The notes: generated by a model not told the origin, from the sequence alone. A stretch of 64,000 nt of DNA from an uncultured Candidatus Saccharibacteria bacterium (GCA_964575755.1 CAZNRH010000002.1:70351-134350); one strand, 5' to 3'. Positions 19,171 through 29,930 are shown, counted from the first letter of the stretch. Program-made: numbers and translations.

Positions 19171-21909
19171 TTATACTACTACTTTTTGCTTCTTCGCGCG
19201 AGTACGCACAGGCGTACGTCGTGCTTTTGTTTGTTTTTTCTTTATATTAAATACAAATTCTCTTTCTGAAGGAAGGATTTCTTTAGTTTCATTTGTCTCT
19301 GTGTCCTTAAGATTTACTGAAATAGTTCCACCACCCATAACACCTCTAGAAACCATCATCCCCGCAATAGGAGTTAATATCTTTGATTGTATAAGTCGCT
19401 TAAGTGGTCGCGCACCGTACTGTGGGTTATATCCCTCTTTTGCTAGATATGAGAGTACCTCAGAGGATACATTTAGTTTGATTTCTTTATTAAGTAATCG
19501 CTCTTTTACAATATCTACTTGAATTTTTACGATGTCTTCTATTGCTTCTGGAGACAAAATATCGAATACTAAAATCTCATCGAGTCGGTTTAAGAACTCT
19601 GGCCTGAAATGATCTTTTAATTCTCGCAATACCTTTCCTTTGGTATCATCGTATTCTGTCTCATCTGTATCTCCGCTATTACTAAAACCAAACTTAGTCA
19701 TATTATCAATATGTCGCGCGCCTATGTTTGATGTAAGTACAATAACTGTGTTTTTAAAGTTTACTTTGCGTCCCTTTGCGTCAGTTAAATGACCACTATC
19801 AAGAACTTGAAGTAAAATGTTAAACACTTCAGGATGTGCTTTCTCAATCTCATCGAAAAGTAATACGGAATATGGTCGATGTCGAACAAGCTCAGTTAGA
19901 CTTCCCCCCTCTTCATGTCCAACATATCCTGGAGGAGCACCAATCATCTTTGATACCGAATGATTCTCCATATATTCAGACATATCAACTCGTATAAGAG
20001 CACTGTCGTCGTCAAAAAGGAATTGTGTTAAAGCTTTTGTTAATTCTGTCTTTCCTACCCCTGTTGGTCCAAGAAAAAGAAAAGAGCCAATAGGTCGATT
20101 AGGGTCTGAAATGCCAGCACGTGAGCGTTTTACTGCATCAGAAATAAGCTTAACGGCATTGTCTTGCCCAACTATGCGCTTTTTAAGCTCTTCTTCCATT
20201 CTACTCAATTTTTCTGCTTCTTCTTCTAACATCCTCTTCACTGGTATATGTGTCCACCTTGCTACCACGTCCGCAATATCTTCTTCTGAGACTTCTTCTT
20301 TTATTATTCTTCGTGAGCTTTGAAGCTTCTTGAGTCTCTTTGCTTTGGTAGCTAAGTCTTTTTTATGTCGTGGAATCTTCACATAACGAATCTCAGCAGC
20401 ATGAGAAAGGTCAGCAACAGCTTCCGCGCTGTCTGCCTCTACTTTTAACTCATCGAGTTCTGTCTTTAGTATTTTTATATCATTTAAAACCTCTTTCTCA
20501 TTTGTCCATTTTAGCTCTAACTCAGAAGTCTTTTCTTTTAAATTAGAAATTTCTTTTTCTATTTTCTTTGTTCGTTCCTTTGCTTTTTTATTTCCTGAGG
20601 CAGTTTCTTTCTTTAATGCTTCCTTCTCTATCTCAAGTCGTAATATTCTACGGTGAGCTTCCTCAAGCACTGGTGGTTTATTCTCAAGAGAAATACGAAG
20701 AGCAGAAGCAGCTTCGTCTATAAGGTCAACAGCTTTGTCCGGCAAAAACCTGTCAGAGATATATCTTGAACTTAAAGAAACTGCGGCGATAAGTGCATCG
20801 TCAGTAATACTAACTCCGTGGAATAGCTCATATCTTTCTTTTAATCCACGCAGTATCGCGATAGCATCTTCTTCCGAAGGCTCATTAACGTGCACAGGCT
20901 GAAAACGTCGAGTCAGCGCAGGGTCTCGCTCGATATGTTTTTGATATTCTTTAAGGGTCGTAGCACCGATAACACGTAAATCTCCACGTGCTAGGGCTGG
21001 TTTTAACATATTTGAGGCATCCATAGATCCTTCTGCTGCACCTGCTCCAACAAGGGTATGTATTTCATCTATAAAAAGAATTATGTCACCTTGGGCACGC
21101 TCTACTTCTTTCATAATATTTTTAAGGCGCTCTTCAAACTCTCCGCGATATTTTGTTCCAGCAATAAGCATGCCTAGATCAAGAGTGACTAACTCTTTTC
21201 CCTTTAGAGATTCTGGTACGTCCCCGCATGCCATTCGTTGTGCCAACCCTTCTGCAATAGCTGTCTTACCTACACCAGCTTCACCAATTAAGATAGGATT
21301 GTTTTTAGTTCTTCGTGAGAGAATCTGAATAACACGTGTGATTTCATTATCTCTCCCAATAACAGGGTCTAGTTTATTTTCTGACGCAAGCTTTGTGAGA
21401 CTTCTTGTGTAGCGAGCAATAGCTCTATTTTGTTTTGGCGCCGTGGCATCGGTGTCGTCACTCTCTCGTAATTCATTAAAAATATTAAGTACTGAGTTTC
21501 TGTTGATTTGGAATTGTCCAAGTATGTTTTTTGTCTGTCCTGGATTGTCTATTATAGCTATTAATAGATGCTCAGTTGAAACAAACGAATCATTAAAACT
21601 CTCTGCGACTTTGTTTGCATCTTCAAGTACAGTGGCGAGCTCTGGCGTTAAATACAATTGATATGATGGGGACGAAAGTACTCCTCCTCCTTCACTGCCC
21701 TCAATAGCCTCTAAGAGTGCGTCTGTAAGTAAAATAGTATCTACCTCCATTCTCTCAAGAATAGAAAGGACCATGCTCTCTTCTTGAAACACGAGAGCAG
21801 TAAGAAGATGTAGTGGATTGATATGGTTTTGCCCACGCTCAATAGCCAGCTCATGAGCCTTTTTTATTGCATCTTTTGCTTTAGCTGTAAAATTATTAAA
21901 TGGGGTCAT
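19171..21909 (-). CDS. clpB: ClpB chaperone
   Basis: Two AAA modules ([16 protein letters not shown]), coiled-coil middle domain, YGARPL. Confidence 0.93.
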   Translation of the reverse strand: MTPFNNFTAKAKDAIKKAHELAIERGQNHINPLHLLTALVFQEESMVLSILERMEVDTILLTDALLEAIEGSEGGGVLSSPSYQLYLTPELATVLEDANKVAESFNDSFVSTEHLLIAIIDNPGQTKNILGQFQINRNSVLNIFNELRESDDTDATAPKQNRAIARYTRSLTKLASENKLDPVIGRDNEITRVIQILSRRTKNNPILIGEAGVGKTAIAEGLAQRMACGDVPESLKGKELVTLDLGMLIAGTKYRGEFEERLKNIMKEVERAQGDIILFIDEIHTLVGAGAAEGSMDASNMLKPALARGDLRVIGATTLKEYQKHIERDPALTRRFQPVHVNEPSEEDAIAILRGLKERYELFHGVSITDDALIAAVSLSSRYISDRFLPDKAVDLIDEAASALRISLENKPPVLEEAHRRILRLEIEKEALKKETASGNKKAKERTKKIEKEISNLKEKTSELELKWTNEKEVLNDIKILKTELDELKVEADSAEAVADLSHAAEIRYVKIPRHKKDLATKAKRLKKLQSSRRIIKEEVSEEDIADVVARWTHIPVKRMLEEEAEKLSRMEEELKKRIVGQDNAVKLISDAVKRSRAGISDPNRPIGSFLFLGPTGVGKTELTKALTQFLFDDDSALIRVDMSEYMENHSVSKMIGAPPGYVGHEEGGSLTELVRHRPYSVLLFDEIEKAHPEVFNILLQVLDSGHLTDAKGRKVNFKNTVIVLTSNIGARHIDNMTKFGFSNSGDTDETEYDDTKGKVLRELKDHFRPEFLNRLDEILVFDILSPEAIEDIVKIQVDIVKERLLNKEIKLNVSSEVLSYLAKEGYNPQYGARPLKRLIQSKILTPIAGMMVSRGVMGGGTISVNLKDTETNETKEILPSEREFVFNIKKKQTKARRTPVRTRAKKQKVVV

Positions 21910-21962
21910 AAAATTATTTATTAGAAAATATAGACGTAGTAGATTATACAGTAATTACTACC

Positions 21963-22841
21963 CTATTCTACCCCAACTACATTTGCTGCAAGCTCTATGA
22001 TTTGAGACCGCACTGTTTGGATTGGAGTAAAGTCACCGACTCCATGTATGCGACTTTCTCTTGTACTTATACCAACAACTTCTCCAAATATATTAAGTAT
22101 TACTCCCCCTTTTTCTATCTTACTACTACTTATATTTGTTTCTATTGCTGTAAGGACTGATATTGTTTTAGGCTCTTCTGTCGAACCTTCTGCTACCTCT
22201 AGAACCTCCTCCTTCTCATCAAGACCAGAGATTATTCCTAGTGCGATACTTGTCCTTTTAACACCACTAAGAGTAAGTGCTGTCTGTCCAAGTTTAAGAT
22301 TATTTATGTTTCCGTATTTTATACTCCCAGGTACAACACCGTATTCTTTGGTAAAGGTGAGTTGTAGTAGTGCAGTTGATTTACTTAACGTACCCGCAAC
22401 AACATCTCCAGATATTTCTTTACCGCTTGATAGCGTTACAGAATATAACCTATCTTGATTTAAGATTGAACTGTCTGTTGCCACTGCAACCACTCCATCT
22501 TTTGAAACAATCACTCCTACTCCAACATACACAGGGTCGTTTGCAGTTTTTTGGTAAATCTTTACAATCTTGTCTTTATTTTTCTCAATAGCTTGGATAA
22601 CAAGGTCTTCCTCATTTACCACGATAGTTTTCTCAGTCTCTATTACTGTTGCTGTCTGAGTCTCGCCTGGAACAACCCTCTCGATAGTTCTTTCAACTAC
22701 TCGATTTATTGTTTGAGTAACAACAGGTGAAGCTTCTTCAAGGAGAGTTACTGTCACTATACCAGTTGCGATTGACGTAACAAAACTCACAAGCAAAACA
22801 AGTAGTACAGTCTGTGATTTTGTAAGTCTTTCAATATCCAT
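21963..22841 (-). CDS. Membrane-anchored trypsin-like (HtrA-type) protein, catalytic residues degenerate
   Basis: GVGVIVSKDG, ATDSS, IETNI, GGVILNIFGEVVGI. Confidence 0.7.
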   Translation of the reverse strand: MDIERLTKSQTVLLVLLVSFVTSIATGIVTVTLLEEASPVVTQTINRVVERTIERVVPGETQTATVIETEKTIVVNEEDLVIQAIEKNKDKIVKIYQKTANDPVYVGVGVIVSKDGVVAVATDSSILNQDRLYSVTLSSGKEISGDVVAGTLSKSTALLQLTFTKEYGVVPGSIKYGNINNLKLGQTALTLSGVKRTSIALGIISGLDEKEEVLEVAEGSTEEPKTISVLTAIETNISSSKIEKGGVILNIFGEVVGISTRESRIHGVGDFTPIQTVRSQIIELAANVVGVE

Positions 22842-22931
22842 ATGAGACTATGATACATAACCTTTTAGAACATGTCTATGTAAGTTTTTTACACAATATA
22901 AATAATCTATTACTCTAATTAAAGATTACCA

Positions 22932-24182
22932 CTATAATCCAGCTTTGTCAAACTTATTCACTTCATCCACGAGTACCGAGATAACGTAATCAATATCTTT
23001 CTTTTTAACTCCCCTTCCAAAAGAAAACCTTATGGAACTTTTTGCCATTTTTATACCAAAACCTTCGTCTTTATAAAGGGAAGCTACTACGTATGAGTAT
23101 TTTCCATTTCCATGTCCTAGACATGCGCTTTTAGTTGCCACAGCAATACCGTGCTCGTCCAGTGCAATCATTAAGTACTCATTATCAATTCCCGGAATTG
23201 ATATATTTACATTATTTGGTGAGCGGAGTTTTGAGTCACCATTAAGTACAGCTTTTGGAATATGTTGTTTTAACTTCTCTAAAAAATATTTTTGTAATTC
23301 TGATATTTCTCTTACTTCCTTTTCTATATGTAGCACAGCTTCAACAAATGACTCTTTCATGCCAACAATAAGTGGTATATTCTCTGTACCAGGACGTAGT
23401 CCATGTTCCTGGTTTCCTCCTTTCATTATCGATTCAAGGTTTACACCTTTTCGTCTATATAAAAAACCGACACCCTTCGGTCCATAAACTTTCTGTCCAT
23501 CTATTGTCATCAAATCAACATCTATATTCTTTGGTATACAGTCAAAATAAAGTGGGGCTTGACTAGCATCAGTGTGGAAAATTATCTTAGTGCCCATTTC
23601 TTTTTCGTGTGCTCGTATTTCTTTAGCTATTTCTTTAATTGGCTGAACTGTGCCTATTTCATTATTCACATACGATATAGAAACAAACAGCGTCTTTTTT
23701 CTCAAAATTGCTCGCACTGCTTTAGGGTCAATAACTCCATTCTCCTCAAAATCAACCATGTCCACCGACACGCCCTTGTCTCTAAAAAAAGTGAAGCAGT
23801 CAAGTACTGACGGATGCTCCGCTGAGCTTGTAACGATATGAATATCTTTTAACTCTCCACCTTCTTCAATCAATGCACTTATATGCCCTATAATAGCTAA
23901 ATTATTTCCCTCTGTTCCACTTGATGTAAAAATTATTTCTTCTGGTGTGGTCTGGATTGAATCTGCAATACCTTTCCTACATTCATTTAGTACCCGCTTA
24001 GATATTTCCCCTTCTTTATGTAGCGCCCCTGCATTTCCAAAATGTATACTAAAGTACGGTTCCATTTTTTTAAGAAAACGTGGCTCAAGAGGTGTTGAAG
24101 CTGAATAATCTAAATATATTCTTCTCTCTTTAGAAGATGTCCAAGAAAAATAGTGTCGTAATTTGCTTATTAGGTTTTTCAT
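22932..24182 (-). CDS. Cysteine desulfurase (IscS/NifS family)
   Basis: YLDYSAST, EHPSV, HTDASQ, KVYGPKG, SAC motif. Confidence 0.92.
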   Translation of the reverse strand: MKNLISKLRHYFSWTSSKERRIYLDYSASTPLEPRFLKKMEPYFSIHFGNAGALHKEGEISKRVLNECRKGIADSIQTTPEEIIFTSSGTEGNNLAIIGHISALIEEGGELKDIHIVTSSAEHPSVLDCFTFFRDKGVSVDMVDFEENGVIDPKAVRAILRKKTLFVSISYVNNEIGTVQPIKEIAKEIRAHEKEMGTKIIFHTDASQAPLYFDCIPKNIDVDLMTIDGQKVYGPKGVGFLYRRKGVNLESIMKGGNQEHGLRPGTENIPLIVGMKESFVEAVLHIEKEVREISELQKYFLEKLKQHIPKAVLNGDSKLRSPNNVNISIPGIDNEYLMIALDEHGIAVATKSACLGHGNGKYSYVVASLYKDEGFGIKMAKSSIRFSFGRGVKKKDIDYVISVLVDEVNKFDKAGL

Positions 24183-24347
24183 TCACACTATTGTATACCC
24201 ACACACTAGTATTGTCATGGTTCTAATGTGTGAGTACCTTTTGCAAAACAGTATGTAGAGTGTATAATGCCTATTTATAAAGCCTTTTGTGGCTTTGGGT
24301 CTTTAGTACATTAAAAGCGCCCCCACGTATAACCTCGATAATTTCAC

Positions 24348-24848
24348 ATGACAGCATTACTCTCAAATAATACTGAAATAGTAATATATGCGCTTATTGC
24401 AATTGCGCTTATATCTATCATATGGAATATTCGTATCGAGATTAAATTACGTCGACTTCTATCTGGTAGAGATGCTCGTAGCCTAGAAGACACCATAGTA
24501 CATATAAAAGAAGGTCATGATGAGCTACACCAATTTAGAAAGGAGATAGGTCAATACCTTGAGCTTGTTGAGAAACGACTAACGCGAAGCGTTCAGGGTA
24601 TAGAGACTATCCGATTTAATCCTTTTAAAGGTATGGGCTCTGGAGGCAACCAAAGCTTTTCTACAGTATTTTTAGATGAGTCAGGTAATGGTGTTGTGCT
24701 GTCAACATTACACGCGAGAGACAGAATGAGCTTCTTCTCAAAACCAATCGTTAATTTTACTTCTACACACGAGTTGACTGATGAAGAAAAAGAATCAATA
24801 GAAAAGGTGCGCTCTTCTATGAAAATTACGAACGTAAAGAAAAAATAG
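24348..24848 (+). CDS. DUF4446-like membrane-anchored protein
   Basis: N-terminal TM, RFNPF..GGNQSFS, GVVLS. Confidence 0.75.
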   Translation: MTALLSNNTEIVIYALIAIALISIIWNIRIEIKLRRLLSGRDARSLEDTIVHIKEGHDELHQFRKEIGQYLELVEKRLTRSVQGIETIRFNPFKGMGSGGNQSFSTVFLDESGNGVVLSTLHARDRMSFFSKPIVNFTSTHELTDEEKESIEKVRSSMKITNVKKK

Positions 24849-24884
24849 TGAGTGATAAAAAGTAAGAATGTATACAGACTTATG

Positions 24885-24980
24885 CGATTCCTCGCAAGGA
24901 ATCGTGTCCGGAGACCGATCATCCTCGCAAGGAATCGTGTCTGATATCTCTCAAGATATCATGTCCGGAGATCGGAGACT
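24885..24980. repeat. Three tandem short hairpin units in the infB leader
   Basis: GATTCCT-CGCA-AGGAATC-GTGTC (x2, second partial) and GATATCT-CTCA-AGATATC-ATGTC. Confidence 0.75.
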
Positions 24981-24995
24981 AAAAAATATAATAAT

Positions 24996-26507
24996 ATGGA
25001 TAAAGAAAACAAAACTAAGAGGGCTCCAGTTATTGTGGTTATGGGACATGTTGATCATGGGAAATCAGCGCTTCTTGACTATATCCGAAAGACCAATGTA
25101 GTAGAGGGTGAAGCTGGAGGTATAACGCAACACATTTCAGCATACGAAGTTGAACATAAAGACAAAGAAGGCACAGTGCAGAAAATTACTTTCCTTGATA
25201 CCCCTGGACACGAATCATTCTCAAAGATGCGAGCACGTGGTAGCAAGGTTGCTGATATAGCAGTGTTAGTAGTTTCAGCAGAAGATGGAGTGAAGACTCA
25301 AACACTAGAAGCGTATAAAACTATTAAAGATAATGGTATTCCATTTATAATTGCTATCAATAAAATCGACAAACCAGAAGCAAATATTGAACGTACAAAG
25401 ACGAGCTTACTTGGACATGAGATTTATCTTGAGGGGGCTGGTGGCGATATACCATGGGTAGCTATATCAGCAAAAGTAGGCACGGGTGTGGATGACCTCC
25501 TCGATATGATGCTCCTTGTGTCAGACATGGCAGAGCTTACTGGGGACATAAATAAAAAAGCAGAAGGTGTTGTACTAGAGTCTCACCGTGACAACAAAAA
25601 AGGAATATCTGCCACGCTACTTATTAAAGATGGATACATAAAGAAAGGAGATTTCATTCAATCAGGAGAAAGTGTGTCACCTGTTCGAATAATGGAAGAC
25701 TTTACAGGTAAAAGCATTGCAGAGGCGCAGTTCTCTACCCCAATTAATATAATAGGGTTCAATGTCACACCAAAAGTTGGGGAATTATTTAATACTTATA
25801 ATTCTAAAAAGGAAGCTGAGAAAGTAGCTCTGGCGTATAAAGAAGAAAACAAAAAGACTGAGAAGCAATCTGCACCAGTAACAATAGCTCGCGACAGCGA
25901 AATAAAATTAATACCAATAGCGCTCCGCGCAGATGTGCTTGGGTCAATTGAAGCAATAGAACATGAAATTAATAAAATATCACACGAGCGCGTAGAGATA
26001 AAGATAATACAAAGAAACGTTGGTACAGTAACAGAAGGAGATATAAAACTAGCTCTTGGTAGCCCCGACTTATTGATAATCGCTTTTAATGTAGGTACAG
26101 ATAAAGCTGCTCTAGATCTCGCCACAAGAAACGGTATCAAAATACATTCGTTTGATATTATCTATAAGCTGGCTAAGTGGCTTGAAGAAGAAATAAAACA
26201 ACAAGCCCCTAAAATAAACACTGAGGAGACAACTGGAAGTGCTACTCTTCTAAAAATATTTAGCAAAAACAAAGATAAGCAAGTAGTAGGCGGTAAGGTA
26301 AATACAGGATCCATTAAAGTTGGTAGTGTTGTTAATATAACCAGACGCGACAACCGCATAGGCACTGGAACTGTTATTGGACTACAACAACAAAAAGCCG
26401 CAACTAAGGAAGTTGAAGAAGGAAGCGAGTTTGGAGCACAAATAGATTCACGTATTGAATTAGCTCCAAACGACACCATTGAAAGCTTTATTATCGTTAA
26501 AAAGTAA
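24996..26507 (+). CDS. infB: Translation initiation factor IF-2 (short form)
   Basis: GHVDHGK, GGITQHI, DTPGH, NKID. Confidence 0.96.
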   Translation: MDKENKTKRAPVIVVMGHVDHGKSALLDYIRKTNVVEGEAGGITQHISAYEVEHKDKEGTVQKITFLDTPGHESFSKMRARGSKVADIAVLVVSAEDGVKTQTLEAYKTIKDNGIPFIIAINKIDKPEANIERTKTSLLGHEIYLEGAGGDIPWVAISAKVGTGVDDLLDMMLLVSDMAELTGDINKKAEGVVLESHRDNKKGISATLLIKDGYIKKGDFIQSGESVSPVRIMEDFTGKSIAEAQFSTPINIIGFNVTPKVGELFNTYNSKKEAEKVALAYKEENKKTEKQSAPVTIARDSEIKLIPIALRADVLGSIEAIEHEINKISHERVEIKIIQRNVGTVTEGDIKLALGSPDLLIIAFNVGTDKAALDLATRNGIKIHSFDIIYKLAKWLEEEIKQQAPKINTEETTGSATLLKIFSKNKDKQVVGGKVNTGSIKVGSVVNITRRDNRIGTGTVIGLQQQKAATKEVEEGSEFGAQIDSRIELAPNDTIESFIIVKK

Positions 26508-26513
26508 GTTACT

Positions 26514-26642
26514 ATTATGACTTACTACACTCGGATGCAGTTTGAGACACAAGTGAAAAATGGAAAAAGGCATATTATACATATGGCGTCTGACATTTTT
26601 CATGAAGTGACGAAGAAATGCGCCGAGTGCATAAGTCATAAT
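26514..26642. repeat. Long imperfect palindrome at rbfA start
   Basis: ATTATGACTTA..CACTCGG / CCGAGTG..TAAGTCATAAT; ATTATG duplicated. Confidence 0.8.
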
Positions 26643-26643
26643 T

Positions 26644-26973
26644 ATGTCCGATAGAACTTTAAAGGTATCATTACTTGTTAAAGAAGCTGCTGCCGATTTT
26701 CTTAACAGGGAATCTAATCACACGTCACTTATTACCGTGACTAACGCAACAATTTCAAAAGACTTCAGTAATGCTACTGTATTTTTTACAGTTTTTCCTG
26801 ATGATCAACAAGAACAAGTTCTTCATTTCACACGCAGGAAAAGAGCTGACTTTAAATCATATTTAAAGTCTCGCCTTCATTTAAGGAGAATACCCTTCGT
26901 TGATTTCAAAATAGACGAAGGAGAAAAACATCGCCAAAGAATCGATGAGATTTCACAGGAAGTAGAAGAATAA
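26644..26973 (+). CDS. rbfA: Ribosome-binding factor A
   Basis: ITVT...SKD...ATVF, RRIPFVDF.ID; follows infB. Confidence 0.9.
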   Translation: MSDRTLKVSLLVKEAAADFLNRESNHTSLITVTNATISKDFSNATVFFTVFPDDQQEQVLHFTRRKRADFKSYLKSRLHLRRIPFVDFKIDEGEKHRQRIDEISQEVEE

Positions 26974-27001
26974 TGTAGAAAGTTTAGTATAATAGAATAC
27001 T

Positions 27002-27074
27002 GACCACGTGGCGAAGTAGTTAACGCAGCGGTTTGCAAAACCGCCATACGCGGGTGCAGATCCCGCCGTGGTCT
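27002..27074 (+). tRNA. tRNA-Cys(GCA)
   Basis: GCGGT-TTGCAAA-ACCGC; atypical T-loop TGCAGAT. Confidence 0.9.
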
Positions 27075-27125
27075 CAAGTTAAAATATCTTGTCTTCAAAC
27101 GACAAAAATATTTTTACGTAAATAT

Positions 27126-27209
27126 GCCGGGATGGTGGAATTGGTATACACGCAACACTTAAAATGTTGTGGGCGTAAGCCCATGCGGGTTCAACTCCCG
27201 CTCCCGGCA
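27126..27209 (+). tRNA. tRNA-Leu(TAA)
   Basis: CAACA-CTTAAAA-TGTTG, type II. Confidence 0.95.
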
Positions 27210-27277
27210 CAAAGAGAAATGAACCTCGTCTGAGAAGACGAGGTGATTTTCTTTTGTAGCCGGGAGCGGGAGTTGAA

Positions 27278-27377
27278 AGACGGAAGCGGTATACAAGATG
27301 CGTAGTGAAACGGAGCAGGCTTGTCGCTGAGTCGGGGTCGAGAGTACTTAGTGCATAGCACTTAGTAACTCGTGACC
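27278..27377 (+). ncRNA. tRNA-associated two-domain structured element (Leu copy)
   Basis: AGACGGAAGCG..CGCTGAGTC-GGGGTCGAGAGTACTTA..TAGTAACTCGTGACC, flanked by inverted (27259-27277) and direct (27378-27387) tRNA 3' copies. Confidence 0.75.
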
Positions 27378-27457
27378 AACTCCCGCTTCTAATAGAAAAA
27401 CAAATTTGTTTTGTAACCTTTTTCTGTTACTATAACTCTTGTTATATTACACAACAT

Positions 27458-27530
27458 CCGCCTATAGCTCAGTTGGTAGAGCAACCGCCTCTTAAGCGGT
27501 GGGTCGCAGGTTCGAGTCCTGCTGGGCGGA
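27458..27530 (+). tRNA. tRNA-Lys(CTT)
   Basis: ACCGC-CTCTTAA-GCGGT. Confidence 0.95.
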
Positions 27531-27597
27531 CAATGAAATAAAATACTCCCATTTTTGTGGGAGTATTTTATTTCATTTCTTCTACACTGGACTCGAA

Positions 27598-27701
27598 AGA
27601 CGGAAGCCCGCGTGCCAAAGCACGAGAGAGGGCTGAGTCGGGGTCGAGAACACTTAATATTTCAGGAATACCTGGACTAAAATATTTAGTGATTCGTGAC
27701 C
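27598..27701 (+). ncRNA. tRNA-associated two-domain structured element (Lys copy 1)
   Basis: GGACTCGAA|AGACGGAAGC..GCTGAGTCGGGGTCGAGA..TCGTGACC|GAGTCCTGCTGGGCGGACA. Confidence 0.75.
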
Positions 27702-27798
27702 GAGTCCTGCTGGGCGGACACGCGCAAAACAAAATACGCTATACCTATGGCGTATTTTGCTTTAACAAGCAAACTGCTTTGCTTGTGGAGCTTGTCCG

Positions 27799-27917
27799 AG
27801 ACGGAGCAATGTTTTGTTGCCTGTTTTTCCTAAGACAACAAAACCGCGAGCCCAGACCAAAAGCACTTAGTAGATTTCAAGCGAAGCGAAAAAATCTATT
27901 TAGTGACTTGTGGTGAC
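27799..27917 (+). ncRNA. tRNA-associated structured element (Lys copy 2, diverged)
   Basis: AGACGGAGCAATG..CCGCGAGCC..CACTTA..TAGTG; further fragments at 27945-27964 and about 28022-28034. Confidence 0.65.
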
Positions 27918-28218
27918 TAAGTGATAAAATAAGGTTTGCGAATTTAGAAACCTGCGCCGAGTCCTTTAAATTAACAACTTGTGATGACGAGGTACACTGC
28001 TTTTTGTATGTACTCGTGTCTGAGACGGAGTGATATTTTGGTACGATGCATCGCTCGGAATAAATCAAACAAACACCACTTGAAACAAAATCAATACTAA
28101 ACTATACTAGTGGACACATATTAATGTGCGAGTGGTGAAATTGGTAGGACAAACAGTGTTTAAACACTGTTTGTCCCCGTCGAGTGAGGAAATGTTCGTT
28201 ATAAAAAATTGATAGTGT

Positions 28219-28300
28219 GCGCGAGTGGCGAAATTGGTAGACGCGCTAGTCTTAGGAACTAGTGGGGCAACCCATGGAGGTTCAAGTCCTCTCTCGCGCA
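28219..28300 (+). tRNA. tRNA-Leu(TAG)
   Basis: CTAGT-CTTAGGA-ACTAG, type II. Confidence 0.95.
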
Positions 28301-28345
28301 CAGTGTCTATTTTTTATAGAACATAGTAAAAGGTATCGCAAGATG

Positions 28346-28373
28346 TGGAGGTTCAAGTCCTCTCTCGCGCACA
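28346..28373 (+). repeat. Direct duplication of the tRNA-Leu(TAG) 3' end (28 bp)
   Basis: TGGAGGTTCAAGTCCTCTCTCGCGCACA identical to 28275-28302. Confidence 0.9.
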
Positions 28374-28422
28374 TAAAACAAAAAACACCTAGCTTACACT
28401 AGGTGTTTTTTGTTTCACGAAC

Positions 28423-28812
28423 TTAAAAAGAAACATTATCATTATAATGAGAATAAAAGTTACCACCTCCACTTCCTCTCCTCTCTATCACACCTGGTAT
28501 AATCACATTTTGATCCTGTACACTAAAAGTAGATTGGAGCATTCTAATCAATCCCCAAATTGAAACCATTACAAAAAGAGCAATAATTCCATATATCATA
28601 ATGTCTCGCCCTTCGGATTTTTTATCCTCACTTCCTTGATTAAATATGAACTGAGCCAACCCCCAGAAGAAATAAAGCACTGCAAGAGCTAGTACCAACG
28701 GAATTGCCGTATTTATTAAGCTAGAAAAAGTACCCATCACAGCTTCCAAACTTTGAGCACTAGCCACTAGTGGCATAATAAGCAATCCTAACGCCACAAA
28801 AAATGTTTTCAT
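28423..28812 (-). CDS. TrbC/VirB2-like pilin (duplicate A)
   Basis: Signal peptide; LYFFWG...GRDIMIYGIIALFVMVSIWGL. Confidence 0.8.
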   Translation of the reverse strand: MKTFFVALGLLIMPLVASAQSLEAVMGTFSSLINTAIPLVLALAVLYFFWGLAQFIFNQGSEDKKSEGRDIMIYGIIALFVMVSIWGLIRMLQSTFSVQDQNVIIPGVIERRGSGGGNFYSHYNDNVSF

Positions 28813-28837
28813 ATAATTTAATACTACAACACTATTA

Positions 28838-29086
28838 CTATATTGGCAAGTCGAACATATTTTCCATAAGTCTGACGATACCGAGTGCAGCGATCATAAC
28901 AAACATACCAATCACACCCCACAACATATGTACCTTTCCCTCTTTTCTGTCGTCTTCACTATCTGCCTTCCAGATAAAGACCGTCATACCCCACAGGAAA
29001 TACAAGAAAGCAGTTGCAAATAAAAGCAGTATAAGCGGGTTTATAATAACCGTATTTATGTTATCGATAAGCCTGTCTGTCGTCAT
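28838..29086 (-). CDS. TrbC/VirB2-like pilin
   Basis: FLYFLWG...GKVHMLWGVIGMFVM. Confidence 0.75.
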   Translation of the reverse strand: MTTDRLIDNINTVIINPLILLLFATAFLYFLWGMTVFIWKADSEDDRKEGKVHMLWGVIGMFVMIAALGIVRLMENMFDLPI

Positions 29087-29095
29087 ACCTTACTA

Positions 29096-29431
29096 TTACC
29101 TCTTTACTTCCTTAGGAATAATAACAGTCTGATCTGTTACACTAAAAGTAGATTGGAGCATTCTAATCAATCCCCAAATTGAAACCATTACAAAAAGAGC
29201 AATAATTCCATATATCATAATGTCTCGCCCTTCGGATTTTTTATCCTCACTTCCTTGATTAAATATGAACTGAGCCAACCCCCAGAAGAAATAAAGCACT
29301 GCAAGAGCTAGTACCAACGGAATTGCCGTATTTATTAAGCTAGAAAAAGTACCCATCACAGCTTCCAAACTTTGAGCACTAGCCACTAGTGGCATAATAA
29401 GCAATCCTAACGCTACAAAAAATGTTTTCAT
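29096..29431 (-). CDS. TrbC/VirB2-like pilin (duplicate B)
   Basis: Near-identical to 28423-28812 except the C-terminus; start MKTFF. Confidence 0.8.
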   Translation of the reverse strand: MKTFFVALGLLIMPLVASAQSLEAVMGTFSSLINTAIPLVLALAVLYFFWGLAQFIFNQGSEDKKSEGRDIMIYGIIALFVMVSIWGLIRMLQSTFSVTDQTVIIPKEVKR

Positions 29432-29567
29432 ATAAAATTTATTTAATATTTCTTTTAATAGAAACCTTCTACTAATAATCAATTATAATTATAGAGTAAT
29501 AATAGCCGATAATTGCACTAAAGAGCAATCCAGCAGTGTGGATATAGTAAACCACACTAAAATTCAG

Positions 29568-29930
29568 CTAAATTCTTATAGTCTCACCTGGAGTATACTG
29601 CTGTTGCGTGGAACCACCAGAACCTAAAAAAGTATTACTTAAAAGACGTAAAATACCCCAAATAGATACCATAACAAAAAGTGCAATAATACCGTAAATC
29701 ATAAGCTTTCTGCCATCTTCTATCTTAGAAGTATCTCCAGCTGAAAATATATATTGAGAAACTCCCCAAAAGAACCCAAGAACTGCTAACGCAATTATTA
29801 TAGGAACCGCTAAATTAATAAAACCTACCAACAACCCAACAAGCTCAGGAAAAGTCTGCGGAGCAGCGAAAGTAACCATTGGAATAAATAGAAGTGCTGA
29901 TAATGTTAATATTGTAAGTCTTTTTAACAT
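29568..29930 (-). CDS. TrbC/VirB2-like pilin
   Basis: GFFWG...GRKLMIYGIIALFVMVSIWG. Confidence 0.8.
   Translation of the reverse strand: MLKRLTILTLSALLFIPMVTFAAPQTFPELVGLLVGFINLAVPIIIALAVLGFFWGVSQYIFSAGDTSKIEDGRKLMIYGIIALFVMVSIWGILRLLSNTFLGSGGSTQQQYTPGETIRI

Noticed and set aside
27557-27916. 119-aa ORF after tRNA-Lys (also 18953-19153, 46431-46649, 24868-25101)
   Set aside because: Chance frames across structured repeats and tRNAs.
27210-28040. CRISPR array or group I/II intron in the tRNA cluster
   Set aside because: No regular repeat-spacer period and no cas genes; no group II domain V or group I P7 core is visible, and the tRNA genes themselves are intact.
28423-29435. DGR template/variable repeat pair in the pilin duplication
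   Set aside because: No adenine-specific mismatch pattern and no reverse transcriptase in the window.
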